From Flavobacteriales bacterium (GTDB lineage: Bacteria > Bacteroidota > Bacteroidia > Flavobacteriales > UBA7430): DNA of 64,000 nucleotides. Shown piece after piece: positions 25,269-35,229 of the stretch. Positions within the stretch are counted from its first letter, which is position 1; the number at the start of each line of letters is the position of its first letter. Below the pieces are notes generated by a model. That model did not search any database and was not told where the DNA came from. It saw only the letters and a program-made list of their open reading frames with translations. The translations under genes were made by a program, and so were the position numbers. Location of the stretch: assembly GCA_028110365.1 (NCBI GenBank), contig JAOGVT010000004.1, positions 4,926-68,925 of the forward strand, written 5' to 3'.

Positions 25269-27407
25269 ATGAAAAAGACGGCAATTTATAACATCTCAAA
25301 AAATAAACTAGCTCAACAAAATTATAGAGTCCTTATGAAAAAGGACGGGTTTTTCTATTGGGATTGTAAAGCGATTAGTAACGTAAAAAAAGGTGATAAA
25401 GTTTTTATACTAAATCGGAGTTTGAATCAGTATTTATTTACAGAAGTTGAAGATGTTAATATTAAGGTTGAGAAAAATTACAATACTGGCAAAACAATAT
25501 TTAGTGATAAGCAAGTTTCTTTTGAAATATCATCATCAGGACACAGTGATTCGAATTTTTTAAGAATGAAAATTATTGACTTTTCATTTGTAGATCCTAG
25601 AATATCAGATCTAGGAAGTGGGAATTATACGTTTGTATTTAATGAGTCACTTAATAATAAGAATAATAGAGTTGATAAATTACTCACATCTTTCAACAGT
25701 AATGATTGTTCTAATGCCTTTAATCATTTATTATCAATGTTGGGAAAAGAGTCTATCGATAAAGAAATTAATAGGAACCTATTTAAATATTATTTATTCA
25801 AAGTTAAAAATCAAGATTTAGAAAGAAATCCTACGATTAATTTAGCTGCATCCACCGATTTTTTTGGACTTAATTTAGATCATGGTGAAAAAAATGAAAT
25901 TCCTTTTTTAGATCAAGCAACAGTCTCAAATATTTCTTTTCAAAAAAGAGAAACAAGAAATGAAGTCAGATTTTTTTTCGATGATATTTTAGAAAAATAT
26001 GAAGTAAAGGAAAATGATATTATAGTATTTAGTAGAGAAAATGATCTCTTTGGATTTGTTATAGTAAGGATTTCAATGAAAGAGTATCCAACATTAAATG
26101 CTATAATGGAAGGTGAAAATCATAAGTTAACAAATAGTCTAGAATCCATTGATGGGATTAAAATAAAATCACAAAATAGCTTGAATATGAGTGAATCTAA
26201 AAATATTATTTTGTTTGGTCCTCCAGGGACTGGTAAGACTTTCACAACAAAGAAAAGATCAGTCAAAATTATTAATGGAAATGAGAATAATGCAGATGAG
26301 ATTTTCTATAAAGAGATCAAAAAACCTGATGGCAGAATTAAATTTGTAACAATGCATCAGAGCTTTTCTTATGAGGATTTTATGATTGGTTTAAAGCCAG
26401 TAATAGAGGACGACTCAGAAGAGTCAATGAAATTTGATTATGTGCCTGGTGTATTTATGGAAATATGTAAAAATGCATCTCAAAATATAGATCAGAATTA
26501 TGTGCTAGTCATAGATGAGATTAACAGATGTAATGTTTCCAAAGTTTTTGGAGAATTAATTACTCTAATAGAAGAAGATAAAAGAGGGAAATTTTTTACC
26601 ACATTAATTAATGGTGAGCCATTTACTGTGCCTTCTAATTTATTCATTTTAGGTACAATGAATACGGCTGACAAATCAATTGCAATGATAGATATAGCTC
26701 TTAGAAGAAGATTTGAATTTGAAGCAATGTATCCAAATTTGGAATTAGTAAAAGATCTAGAGAAGAGAGGATTTATGAAGAAGTTAAATGAGGAGATACT
26801 AATGAATAATAAAACGGTTGATTTTTTAGTTGGGCATTCAGATTTCATGAAAGATTTAGAGCTCGTAGATATTATTAATAAAAAAACTATTCCATTATTA
26901 AATGAATATTTTAGGGGTGATATGAATGTTGTAGAGAATATTTTGACTTCTTGTCTCACTGCAATTAATAATACAATTTCAATTGATAAAGAGTGGAAGG
27001 ATAACATGAGATTACTAAAAGTTAAACAAAAATATAAAGAATCATCTAAGTCTTCAACTTCTATTTCTCATAAACCTGAAAATCCCAGTGACGAAGAAGA
27101 AATTATAAAGATCGAAAAAAGAATTCCCAAATGGTTTAGAAATTCGAACCAAAAAAATCATAAAATATTAGTTAATGCCATTAAATTAATGGGTAATGAT
27201 AATAAATTTATTCGTAAAGAATTAAACGATTACCTAATTGATAAAAATCTTGATGTCGGAGATTTTTCTATTAATTTTCGTCATATGAGTATCATTCAAT
27301 TTAATAATCATGCCAAGGTATTTAACAAATTAGAAGATGATTACTATGAATTATGGGAGCCGGTAAAAGACTTCATTTTATCTGAGTATAAAAAAACACA
27401 GGATTAA
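25269..27407 (+). CDS. McrB-like AAA+ GTPase restriction subunit with divergent N-terminal DNA-binding region (B3-like?) and C-terminal extension
   Basis: ILFGPPGTGKTF (Walker A), LVIDEINRCNVSKVFGELITLIEEDKRG, GTMNTADKSIAMIDIALRRRFEF. The N-terminal ENDIIVFSRENDLFGFVIVRIS is reminiscent of a B3/pseudobarrel tail. Confidence 0.8.
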   Translation: MKKTAIYNISKNKLAQQNYRVLMKKDGFFYWDCKAISNVKKGDKVFILNRSLNQYLFTEVEDVNIKVEKNYNTGKTIFSDKQVSFEISSSGHSDSNFLRMKIIDFSFVDPRISDLGSGNYTFVFNESLNNKNNRVDKLLTSFNSNDCSNAFNHLLSMLGKESIDKEINRNLFKYYLFKVKNQDLERNPTINLAASTDFFGLNLDHGEKNEIPFLDQATVSNISFQKRETRNEVRFFFDDILEKYEVKENDIIVFSRENDLFGFVIVRISMKEYPTLNAIMEGENHKLTNSLESIDGIKIKSQNSLNMSESKNIILFGPPGTGKTFTTKKRSVKIINGNENNADEIFYKEIKKPDGRIKFVTMHQSFSYEDFMIGLKPVIEDDSEESMKFDYVPGVFMEICKNASQNIDQNYVLVIDEINRCNVSKVFGELITLIEEDKRGKFFTTLINGEPFTVPSNLFILGTMNTADKSIAMIDIALRRRFEFEAMYPNLELVKDLEKRGFMKKLNEEILMNNKTVDFLVGHSDFMKDLELVDIINKKTIPLLNEYFRGDMNVVENILTSCLTAINNTISIDKEWKDNMRLLKVKQKYKESSKSSTSISHKPENPSDEEEIIKIEKRIPKWFRNSNQKNHKILVNAIKLMGNDNKFIRKELNDYLIDKNLDVGDFSINFRHMSIIQFNNHAKVFNKLEDDYYELWEPVKDFILSEYKKTQD

Positions 27408-27412
27408 CATCT

Positions 27413-28828
27413 ATGTATAACTCAATAAACATTTTTGAGCTACAAAAAAACAAACCTATAGGTGATGATGTCAATTTTGATGTCAATGAAATTAACCATG
27501 CTCTCCAAAATATATGGGATAATAAATATGCCTTTCATAGTTTGTCAGATAATTTCTCAAGTGAATCAAAAGATCAAAAATTTCTGACTATTAATGAAAA
27601 TTCAATAGAAGCCGGAAAATATATTGGCGTTATTAAAACCAAGAGTGCTACAATTAATATTTTTCCAAAAATATTTGATACTGAAGAAAACAGAACTCGA
27701 ATAAATGATAGAGATTTTCATCAATATGTTTTTTCTCATTTAATATGGTGGATGTCTTTTTCAGATAAAATTAGATTTCCAAAAGTATACTCTTCTTTTG
27801 ATTCTACAACAAATACTGATTTACTCGAATTATTGGTGTATAACTTTGCTTATTATACAGAAGAACTCATTAATACTTATTCTTATAGTTCTTATGAACT
27901 AGTTTCTGAAAATCTTTCTCAGGTAAAGGGGAAAATTAATTTTAATCAATATATTTCAAACATTGCTTCTGGTAATTGGCATCAGATTCCTTGCGAGTTT
28001 GATGAGTTTAGATTTGATAATCAGTTAAATAGGATTATAAAATATGTTTGTAAAGAACTTTTGCTTCCATATATTCAAAATTCAAATACTAAAAATTTAT
28101 TAACTTCAATCATTCATTCCTTAGATGAAGTCCAGGATGAATTTGTGACTCTTGAAGATTGTGATAAGGTTATGCTTAACCCATTATATGAAGAGTATGT
28201 TTTAGTTCTTGACTATTGCAAAATGTTTCTATCAAATAGCATTGTAAGTGCTGATTCAAAAGACAATACTATTTTCTCATTTGTTATAGAGTCCTCAAAA
28301 TTATTCGAAAACTTTATTGAAGGATTTATTAAAAAGAATAAGGCAAGTGTCGGTGTTAAAAAAATTCACACCCAAAAAGGAAAATATATTGGAAAGGATC
28401 TTGAAACTAAACAATCTATTTTTAAAACTTCAATTGATTTCTTGATAGAAAAAGATGATACAGAAAAAGTTTTAGTTGATGCAAAATACAAGCGTGTTTG
28501 GGCGGAAAAAGGAGAGGGCAAAAAAAGAAATTATGGAATAGAAAGTGCTGACATATATCAGATGCTGGCTTATTCAAATCTTCATAAAATTCCTAAGGTG
28601 ATTTTATTTTATCCTTTATATTTTGATGAGGACGATAATATCTCGCACGCATTTGAATTTGATAATCAGGCAAATAAATTAAATAAAGTAAATATTGAGG
28701 CTAGAACACTTCCATTAATTAATCACGATGAAAATAAATTCAAAGGGTCACATTTTAAATTAAATGATATTTTTTCATCTAATAATGATGAAATATGTAA
28801 ATTGTTAAGTGGCCTATATCAGAAATAA
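27413..28828 (+). CDS. McrC-like PD-(D/E)XK nuclease subunit
   Basis: Lies immediately downstream of the McrB-like gene. Core SIDFLIEK...VLVDAKYKRVW...DIYQMLAY. Confidence 0.7.
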   Translation: MYNSINIFELQKNKPIGDDVNFDVNEINHALQNIWDNKYAFHSLSDNFSSESKDQKFLTINENSIEAGKYIGVIKTKSATINIFPKIFDTEENRTRINDRDFHQYVFSHLIWWMSFSDKIRFPKVYSSFDSTTNTDLLELLVYNFAYYTEELINTYSYSSYELVSENLSQVKGKINFNQYISNIASGNWHQIPCEFDEFRFDNQLNRIIKYVCKELLLPYIQNSNTKNLLTSIIHSLDEVQDEFVTLEDCDKVMLNPLYEEYVLVLDYCKMFLSNSIVSADSKDNTIFSFVIESSKLFENFIEGFIKKNKASVGVKKIHTQKGKYIGKDLETKQSIFKTSIDFLIEKDDTEKVLVDAKYKRVWAEKGEGKKRNYGIESADIYQMLAYSNLHKIPKVILFYPLYFDEDDNISHAFEFDNQANKLNKVNIEARTLPLINHDENKFKGSHFKLNDIFSSNNDEICKLLSGLYQK

Positions 28829-28844
28829 TTTTTAATGATTTAAA

Positions 28845-30539
28845 ATGAAAAAAGAAATAATCCCAGCATCAGCAAGTCGAGTAGTTCAAGCATTATCTAA
28901 TATTGGCTACTCGCTCCAATCTTCTATTTGTGATATTATAGATAATTCTATTTCTCATGGTGTAGCGAATAATATTTATATCTGTTTTGATTATTTAGAA
29001 CCTAAAGCTAAGTTCTATTTTATGATTTATGATGATGGAAAATCTATGTCTGAATCAAAACTAAAAGATGCAATAAGATTAGGTAGTTCCAAAGAAAATT
29101 ATTTGGATGATGATCTAGGGAAATTTGGAATGGGTTTAAAAACTGCATCTTTAGCTCATTGTAATACTTTGTCAGTGATTGCTAAACAAAAAAAATCAAA
29201 AAAATCAAGTTGTGTTATTTTAGATAAGATTTTAATTCAGTCAGAGGATAAATGGGTTTATTCCATTTTAAATGATGAGGAAATTAATGAAAAATATTTA
29301 GAGTTAAAACAAATTTTAAAAAGATGTTACACCAAAGAGAAGTTTTTTTTAAGTGACACTTCATATACTTTTTTAGTTTGGGAAGATCTTTTTTTAATGA
29401 AAAACAAAAGTGATAAAGCATCATCAGGTGCTCAGATATCTAGACAAATCACTAAAGAACAATTAATAGTTGAAGCTCATTTAAGAATGGTATTTCATAG
29501 ATTTTTAAATGAAGAAAATGGAGCTAGAAAAGTAAATATATATTTTAATGGTTCAAAATTAAATGGATGGAATCCCTGCTTACCGAATTTAAAAAACACT
29601 GTTAAATACACTGATAAAAATCAGGCTAATAAAGAATATTTGGGCTTTAAGTTTGATCCACATAAATCAGAAGTAAAGATAAAAAGATACATTCTCCCTA
29701 AGAAAAGTGAAATAGAGAAATATTCTGATAAAGAAGATTTGATAATAACAGAAAAATCTCATACAAACAAAGTTATGAAAATTGATAAATGGCAAGGCCT
29801 ATATTTTTATAGAAATAACAGGTTAATTGATTATGGAGGATGGTATGATGGGACAGGTACAGAGCCACATATAACATATGCAAGAGCTTCAGTTGATTTA
29901 ACTTCAGATCATGATCAATATTTCAGTCTAAATATTAATAAATCAAAAATTAGTATTGATAATTCTTTTAAAACTTTCCTAAAAGAAAACATGCCAAAGT
30001 TTAGGCAAAAAGCAAAAGAGCTTTATGGCAAAAAGAAAGTAGAAACCAAAAACTCAGTTAGAGATAGTTCTGATAAGTTAAAAGAAATTATAAAAGTTGA
30101 GGGAGATAAAAATGAAATAGAAATTAAAGGTCCAAACCGAAATAATGATAAAACTAATGTTGTTGAAGTTTCTAATATTATTGGAAAGTTTGTTGATCAC
30201 GATAAAAAATATTTAAAACAATCAAGTGAGTTACTGAAAAAGAAAATAATTTCTGAAGAACTCTCTGATGACCAACTTCTATGGGAAGTAATTCCTGACC
30301 CACATAATGTTATGCTTGTTAAAATTAATTCTCTCCACGAAATTTATAAATTATATTATGAAGACGAGAATAAAAAAAATGAAAAGATCACAGCAGTAAT
30401 TGACTCGATTATAATTTCATTAGCATTCACTGAATTGTGTTACAAAACAGAAAAAACAGAACAACTTTTTGAAGATATAAATAGAACAACTGGAAAATTA
30501 TTGAATAAGCTAGTTGATAATAAAATTGTTAAAAAATGA
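28845..30539 (+). CDS. GHKL (HATPase_c_3 / MORC-like) ATPase
   Basis: SICDIIDNSISHG (N box), IYDDGKSMS (G1) and LGKFGMGLKTASLA (G2). Confidence 0.75.
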   Translation: MKKEIIPASASRVVQALSNIGYSLQSSICDIIDNSISHGVANNIYICFDYLEPKAKFYFMIYDDGKSMSESKLKDAIRLGSSKENYLDDDLGKFGMGLKTASLAHCNTLSVIAKQKKSKKSSCVILDKILIQSEDKWVYSILNDEEINEKYLELKQILKRCYTKEKFFLSDTSYTFLVWEDLFLMKNKSDKASSGAQISRQITKEQLIVEAHLRMVFHRFLNEENGARKVNIYFNGSKLNGWNPCLPNLKNTVKYTDKNQANKEYLGFKFDPHKSEVKIKRYILPKKSEIEKYSDKEDLIITEKSHTNKVMKIDKWQGLYFYRNNRLIDYGGWYDGTGTEPHITYARASVDLTSDHDQYFSLNINKSKISIDNSFKTFLKENMPKFRQKAKELYGKKKVETKNSVRDSSDKLKEIIKVEGDKNEIEIKGPNRNNDKTNVVEVSNIIGKFVDHDKKYLKQSSELLKKKIISEELSDDQLLWEVIPDPHNVMLVKINSLHEIYKLYYEDENKKNEKITAVIDSIIISLAFTELCYKTEKTEQLFEDINRTTGKLLNKLVDNKIVKK

Positions 30540-33184
30540 AAAATATTGAAGATCAGTTACTCTATACATTTAGTTATTTGAAATTAAGTGATGAAATTAA
30601 AAATGACGCTATAATAAGTAAGTCTTCTATTAAATCTTGTGTTCAAGAATTTCATAAAACAATGTTCTCAGATGAACCTAAATCTTTGATAGATGAAGTT
30701 ATTTTAATGCTTGAGGAAAAATTCGAGTATGACATAAATAAAAATTCGTTAAGTGTTGAAACAGGAATTACCCTTTCGAATCCAAAAAAACATGTAGAGT
30801 GGTCTCCCAAAAATGGTTTTTATTGGGAAACTCACAAAAAATTTATAACAGAAGTTTATAAAGAGAAGGACCCTGAAAATTGGTCAAAAATATTAAAATC
30901 GATAGATCAAGAAACAGACATTCTTCTTTCTTTAATGGAGAACCCCATCAGAGATGAATTTGATTCAAAAGGACTTGTAATTGGTTATGTTCAAAGTGGT
31001 AAAACTGCAAATTTTACTGCGCTATTAAGTAAAGCAATGGATTCAGGCTATAAGCTAATCATTGTCCTTGCAGGGATGCACAATTCATTGAGAGTTCAAA
31101 CACAGTCAAGATTAGATACTGAATTATTTGGTTATAATGATTTAGATAATGAAGATAATAATATTTCAAAGTTTTATTTTGATAATGATGAAGTACACAG
31201 AAATAGAAGGCCAATTAGAGTTACAAAAACCGCATATATTGATGTGTTTGATGATACTATCAATGATGGAGAATTTAGAGATAACATTGAAAAATTAAGT
31301 GATCTTATTGAAATTCATGAAAAATACAATAAAGTTGTAGCAGTAGTTAAAAAAAATGTTACTGTATTGAAAAAGTTTAATAAGTGGTTAGAAAGATGTC
31401 CAGAAGATCTTAGGCGTAAGATTCCACTACTAATAATAGATGATGAAGCTGATCAGGCATCTATTGATGGTAATTATGTCAGTAATGTTAGAAAAGGAAA
31501 TGACATTGAATCAAATGTAACCGAAACAAATAATCAAATTCTTAGCATAATAGAAAAATTTTTAAAAAGTAGTTTTATTGGATATACAGCAACACCATTT
31601 GCTAATTGTTTTATACATCCTAATTTCAGAGGGCTTTATCCCCATAACTTTATACATTTTTTGCCTAAACCAGAACAATATTTTGGTGCTGAAAAGATAT
31701 TTGGTGATGAAGAATTAAAAGATGCCTATGTGGTGTCCAAAGAAATTGAAACAAAAAAAATAGCAACTGATAAGTTATTAAATGAAGAACTGCCTGATTC
31801 ACTCAATAGGGCAATTATGAGTTTTTTAATCACAATCGGAATTAGGATTTTGAGAGGAGACATCAATCAACCTATGTCTATGCTTATTCATATTGATCAT
31901 TTAATTACCACTCAACAAAATACATTTATAGCAGTAGATGCAAGGCTTAAAGAGACTGTCAGTATAATCAATAAAAATACTCCTTCATCACAAAAGTTTA
32001 TTGCTGATTTACAAACAGAATATAATTTCATTAAAGAAAAATCAATTATTTTGTCTAAAAGAGATAAAGTAAAAAGAGAATTATTTTCTTTTGAAGAAGT
32101 CCTTAAAATATTAAAATCACATCTTAACAGCATCCAAGTAAAACAGGTTCATAGTAGATCTGAAGATGATTTAAATTACATTGCAAATCCAAATCAAAAG
32201 GTTATAGCAATAGGTGGTAATAAGTTATCAAGAGGATTAACACTAGAAGGATTAGTAACAACATATTTTTTACGAAATACAATGCTTGCTGATACCCTGA
32301 TGCAAATGGGTAGATTTTTTGGTTACAGAGGAAAATATAGTGACCTAATGAAAATTTTCTGTCATGAAAATATTTTAGATTCCTTTGAATATTTAATTGA
32401 TCTAGAAACGGATCTTAGATTAGAGGTTAGTCGATATGAATCAGAAGGTAAAACACCTGAAGATTTTTCTCCAAGCGTAAGATCTCATGTTAAAATGAAG
32501 CCATCAGGAAAAATGGGGAATGCTCAAAGATTTAAGCATGCATTTGGGTCTAGTATTATTCAAACAAAGTATTTTGATTTACATAATAAATCTAGTCTTG
32601 AAAGTAACCTTGACCTTACCATTAACCTTTTGAATGATTTAGATAAAAATCACACACTCGAATCTCCAAAAAATAAAAAGAAGAATGGTAAATTATTTTA
32701 CTCTATAACGTCAGACCATATTATAAATTATTTAGAAAATTTCATAATAAAAGATTATGATATTAACACAAGTGATGTAATAAACTATTTAAAAAACAAT
32801 AATATTGAACATTTCAATTTAGGTGTTTCTGATTTGAAAAATTCAAACAAGAAACCTTTTGGTAACATTGGGGAATTTAGCTTAGTTAGTAGAAGTAGAA
32901 AGAAGAATATACACCAAAATGGTCAATACAATATTGGTGTTTTAAGTGCTCCTGAACTAGTTGACTTTGATCTAGCAGAGGATGAAGAGAGAGAACTTCC
33001 CTTAATAGTAATTTATAGGATTGATAAAAATAGTAAGCCAAAGAATCCAAACTCTACTAATAGAGAAGATTTATTTAAAGGGTTTTCTGATAATGATAAG
33101 ACTGATATGGTTGGATTTACAATAACTTTTCCATCTTCAAAACAAAAAGAGTTTGATGTGTGGGGGCAATTATTTGACAAATGA
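30536..33184 (+). CDS. Z1-domain protein (P-loop NTPase)
   Basis: VIGYVQSGKTANFTALLSKAMDSGYKLIIVLAG, a DEAD-like LLIIDDEADQAS, and a 4-nt overlap with the upstream gene. Confidence 0.75.
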   Translation: MKNIEDQLLYTFSYLKLSDEIKNDAIISKSSIKSCVQEFHKTMFSDEPKSLIDEVILMLEEKFEYDINKNSLSVETGITLSNPKKHVEWSPKNGFYWETHKKFITEVYKEKDPENWSKILKSIDQETDILLSLMENPIRDEFDSKGLVIGYVQSGKTANFTALLSKAMDSGYKLIIVLAGMHNSLRVQTQSRLDTELFGYNDLDNEDNNISKFYFDNDEVHRNRRPIRVTKTAYIDVFDDTINDGEFRDNIEKLSDLIEIHEKYNKVVAVVKKNVTVLKKFNKWLERCPEDLRRKIPLLIIDDEADQASIDGNYVSNVRKGNDIESNVTETNNQILSIIEKFLKSSFIGYTATPFANCFIHPNFRGLYPHNFIHFLPKPEQYFGAEKIFGDEELKDAYVVSKEIETKKIATDKLLNEELPDSLNRAIMSFLITIGIRILRGDINQPMSMLIHIDHLITTQQNTFIAVDARLKETVSIINKNTPSSQKFIADLQTEYNFIKEKSIILSKRDKVKRELFSFEEVLKILKSHLNSIQVKQVHSRSEDDLNYIANPNQKVIAIGGNKLSRGLTLEGLVTTYFLRNTMLADTLMQMGRFFGYRGKYSDLMKIFCHENILDSFEYLIDLETDLRLEVSRYESEGKTPEDFSPSVRSHVKMKPSGKMGNAQRFKHAFGSSIIQTKYFDLHNKSSLESNLDLTINLLNDLDKNHTLESPKNKKKNGKLFYSITSDHIINYLENFIIKDYDINTSDVINYLKNNNIEHFNLGVSDLKNSNKKPFGNIGEFSLVSRSRKKNIHQNGQYNIGVLSAPELVDFDLAEDEERELPLIVIYRIDKNSKPKNPNSTNREDLFKGFSDNDKTDMVGFTITFPSSKQKEFDVWGQLFDK

Positions 33185-34131
33185 AAATAGATTGGAATAT
33201 TAATTATGCCGGAAATGCTGAACCTATTGCCACATACAAGGCAGATAAACTATACGAAAGAGTTTATTATTACCAAGATGAGAATAGTTTTAGATCTTTT
33301 TTCATCATTTGTGATGAATCTAAATTTCAAGATTTTATAAAATTAAAATCCCTTGAAATTAAATATGAAGAATCAGAATCAAGGTATCAAATAACCTCAG
33401 TCGATCATGACTTTAACGATACTTTTGAAAGATTATTTCTAGAAATGTTTGATTTAATGATAAGTGAAGACATTATATTTTTAAATGCTTATAATCATAT
33501 TATTGAAAAATATAAATCTTTCTTAATGAAAGATATATTACTATCAAAAGAAAAACAAATTGGTTTACTTGGTGAGCTAAATCTACTTAGAGATATATTG
33601 AAAATCGATAGTAAAAAGATTGAATGTTGGATTGATTCTAATGAGGATTTTCGTATAAATAATACATATATTGAAGTAAAATCATCCAGGTCTAAAGAAC
33701 ATAAACACATAATTAATGGCCTTGCTCAATTAACAGTAATTCCTAACACAACTAAATTTTTATTTTCGAGTTTAGTAACTGATTATGATAAATATAAATG
33801 TAAAAGTTCTTTCAACCTTTTTGAGGTAGCTGAAAAAATCCTTGATATTATTGATTTAAGTGACAAAAATAATTTTTTAGATAAATTACGTAAAAGAGGA
33901 TATTATCACATTGAATCAGGCGAGGCATATAAAGATTTTAATTATGTTTTTTATGAGACAAAGGTCATAGAGATTTATAAAGGTTTTCCTTGTCTAAATC
34001 TAAATACTTTTGAAGAGTCAATTTATTCTAATGTAAATCCTGAATCTATTAAATATGAACTTCGTCTTTCAAATCTTTTGAGTAAGTCAATTTCATATGA
34101 TATAAGATTTATTGAGAATTTATTTAATTAG
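33181..34131 (+). CDS. PD-(D/E)XK-motif protein of the Z1 cassette
   Basis: QIGLLGELNLLRDIL...DFRINNTYIEVKSS gives an E...D...E-x-K arrangement. There is a 4-nt overlap with the Z1 gene. Confidence 0.55.
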   Translation: MKIDWNINYAGNAEPIATYKADKLYERVYYYQDENSFRSFFIICDESKFQDFIKLKSLEIKYEESESRYQITSVDHDFNDTFERLFLEMFDLMISEDIIFLNAYNHIIEKYKSFLMKDILLSKEKQIGLLGELNLLRDILKIDSKKIECWIDSNEDFRINNTYIEVKSSRSKEHKHIINGLAQLTVIPNTTKFLFSSLVTDYDKYKCKSSFNLFEVAEKILDIIDLSDKNNFLDKLRKRGYYHIESGEAYKDFNYVFYETKVIEIYKGFPCLNLNTFEESIYSNVNPESIKYELRLSNLLSKSISYDIRFIENLFN

Positions 34132-34498
34132 TGTGTTTTACATAAAAAAAATAACCAAACAAGACGAAACAAGGACTCCGCTTGTTTCAAAAAGAGCAGT
34201 TAGTATTTTTTTTAATAAAAATCTATTTGATAGAAATGATTCTGTATATATTCAATTAACTTATACTAATACTAAAAAAGAGATTCTTACTCAAATTAAA
34301 AAGAAACAAGATTATAGAATATATTTAGAAAAAGATTACTTAGAATTTTTTTTTGAAGGCAATATTTTAGTTTATAATAAAAAAGAAGCTGAGTTTACTT
34401 TAACATGTTTTAATAGGTATCATGAAGAGTATAAGTTTTTTGATTCATTAATTACAAGTAAAGGTAATAACCTCTTATTAGAAAAATTAACCTTATAG
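34112..34498 (+). CDS. hypothetical 128-aa protein (TTG start in track; doubtful start)
   Basis: ORF only. It occupies the position where an AIPR gene is often found, but is far too short to be one. Confidence 0.3.
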   Translation: MRIYLISVFYIKKITKQDETRTPLVSKRAVSIFFNKNLFDRNDSVYIQLTYTNTKKEILTQIKKKQDYRIYLEKDYLEFFFEGNILVYNKKEAEFTLTCFNRYHEEYKFFDSLITSKGNNLLLEKLTL

Positions 34499-34614
34499 TA
34501 TATATGTCTTCACAATCTTTAAGTATTGTTTCAAATATATTTATTAAATCTTACATCTTTTTTAAAGGGATTTTCTCATTCAATAGAATTTCATTAATTT
34601 GTAATTAGTACATT

Positions 34615-34912
34615 AAGAGTTACTTTAAAGTATGCCAACTGATCTTTAGCCAAGGCTCGGTGGAAAATTATGTGAGACAACCGTCTAAAAATTTAATAGG
34701 TTATCCCTAAATTATATCAATGCAAAGTTTTTGACATAAACTGTCACAAACGGTTTATTTATTTGTATAACCAATACATCAAGAGTTACTCTGAGTATGC
34801 CAACCGATCCTTTCCGGGCACGGTGGATTGAATGTGAAGCAATCTGCTTACAAACAAAGGAATTCCTTTCACATTATTCTTGGTGTTTAAATTAATTTAA
34901 AACATTGAAGAG
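34615..34912 (+). ncRNA. second pair of structured RNA-like elements (B1, B2)
   Basis: B1 has C->T in the CAACCG arm (CAACTG), which still allows a U-G pair with CGGTGG. B2 is almost identical to A2. The terminator-like hairpin is conserved at 34727-34751. Confidence 0.4.
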
Positions 34913-35215
34913 ATGAAATCAGAAATTAAAGAAATAAAGACCATTAGTGGTGAACTTATTGATTTTGTATGGGGCCTAGATGATCATATCCCAATCGAAG
35001 TTATTTACCAGGACGGAAGTCGTGAACTCAATTGCACTCCGTTTAAATTAAAATAGTCTGCTCAATTTTATACAAATCGTGCAGCTTTTGTTCATAGGGC
35101 ATGGCGAGAAAAAATGGATATAAAGAGAGCGTTTATGGATCGATTTATTTTCAGAAGTTTCCTCGCAAGTATTATGAGCGTAAAATTGCTTTTAACCATA
35201 CAAGAACGCAATCAA
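34913..35215 (+). pseudogene. decayed copy of the 5' part of the 171-aa ORF
   Basis: In-frame TAG at 35054 where copy 1 has GAG. A 10-nt deletion (atgaatcggt) relative to 17871-17880 shifts the frame. Confidence 0.7.
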
Positions 35216-35229
35216 TAAAAAAAACAAGC

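Larger units (their letters stand above)
34611..35215 (+). repeat. copy 2 of the ~0.6-kb direct repeat
   Basis: Aligns with 17342-17952 and carries both RNA-like elements (34615-34763 and 34781-34912). Confidence 0.9.

Noticed and set aside
26498-27007. 169-aa antisense ORF inside the McrB-like gene, and similar antisense ORFs at 778-1002, 1532-1726, 5852-6109, 10976-11170, 14716-14922, 16413-16736, 31912-32133, 33495-33710 and 36382-37095
   Set aside because: The AT-rich island gives long stop-free antisense frames by chance. All overlap ORFs with clear domain signatures, and their translations are low-complexity (I/L/F/S-rich).
21954-28828. Apparent conflict between m5C methyltransferases and an McrBC system at the same locus (self-restriction)
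   Set aside because: This is not a paradox once the LlaJI precedent is considered. The McrB-like subunit has a different N-terminal DNA-binding region, so methyl-dependent cutting need not be assumed.
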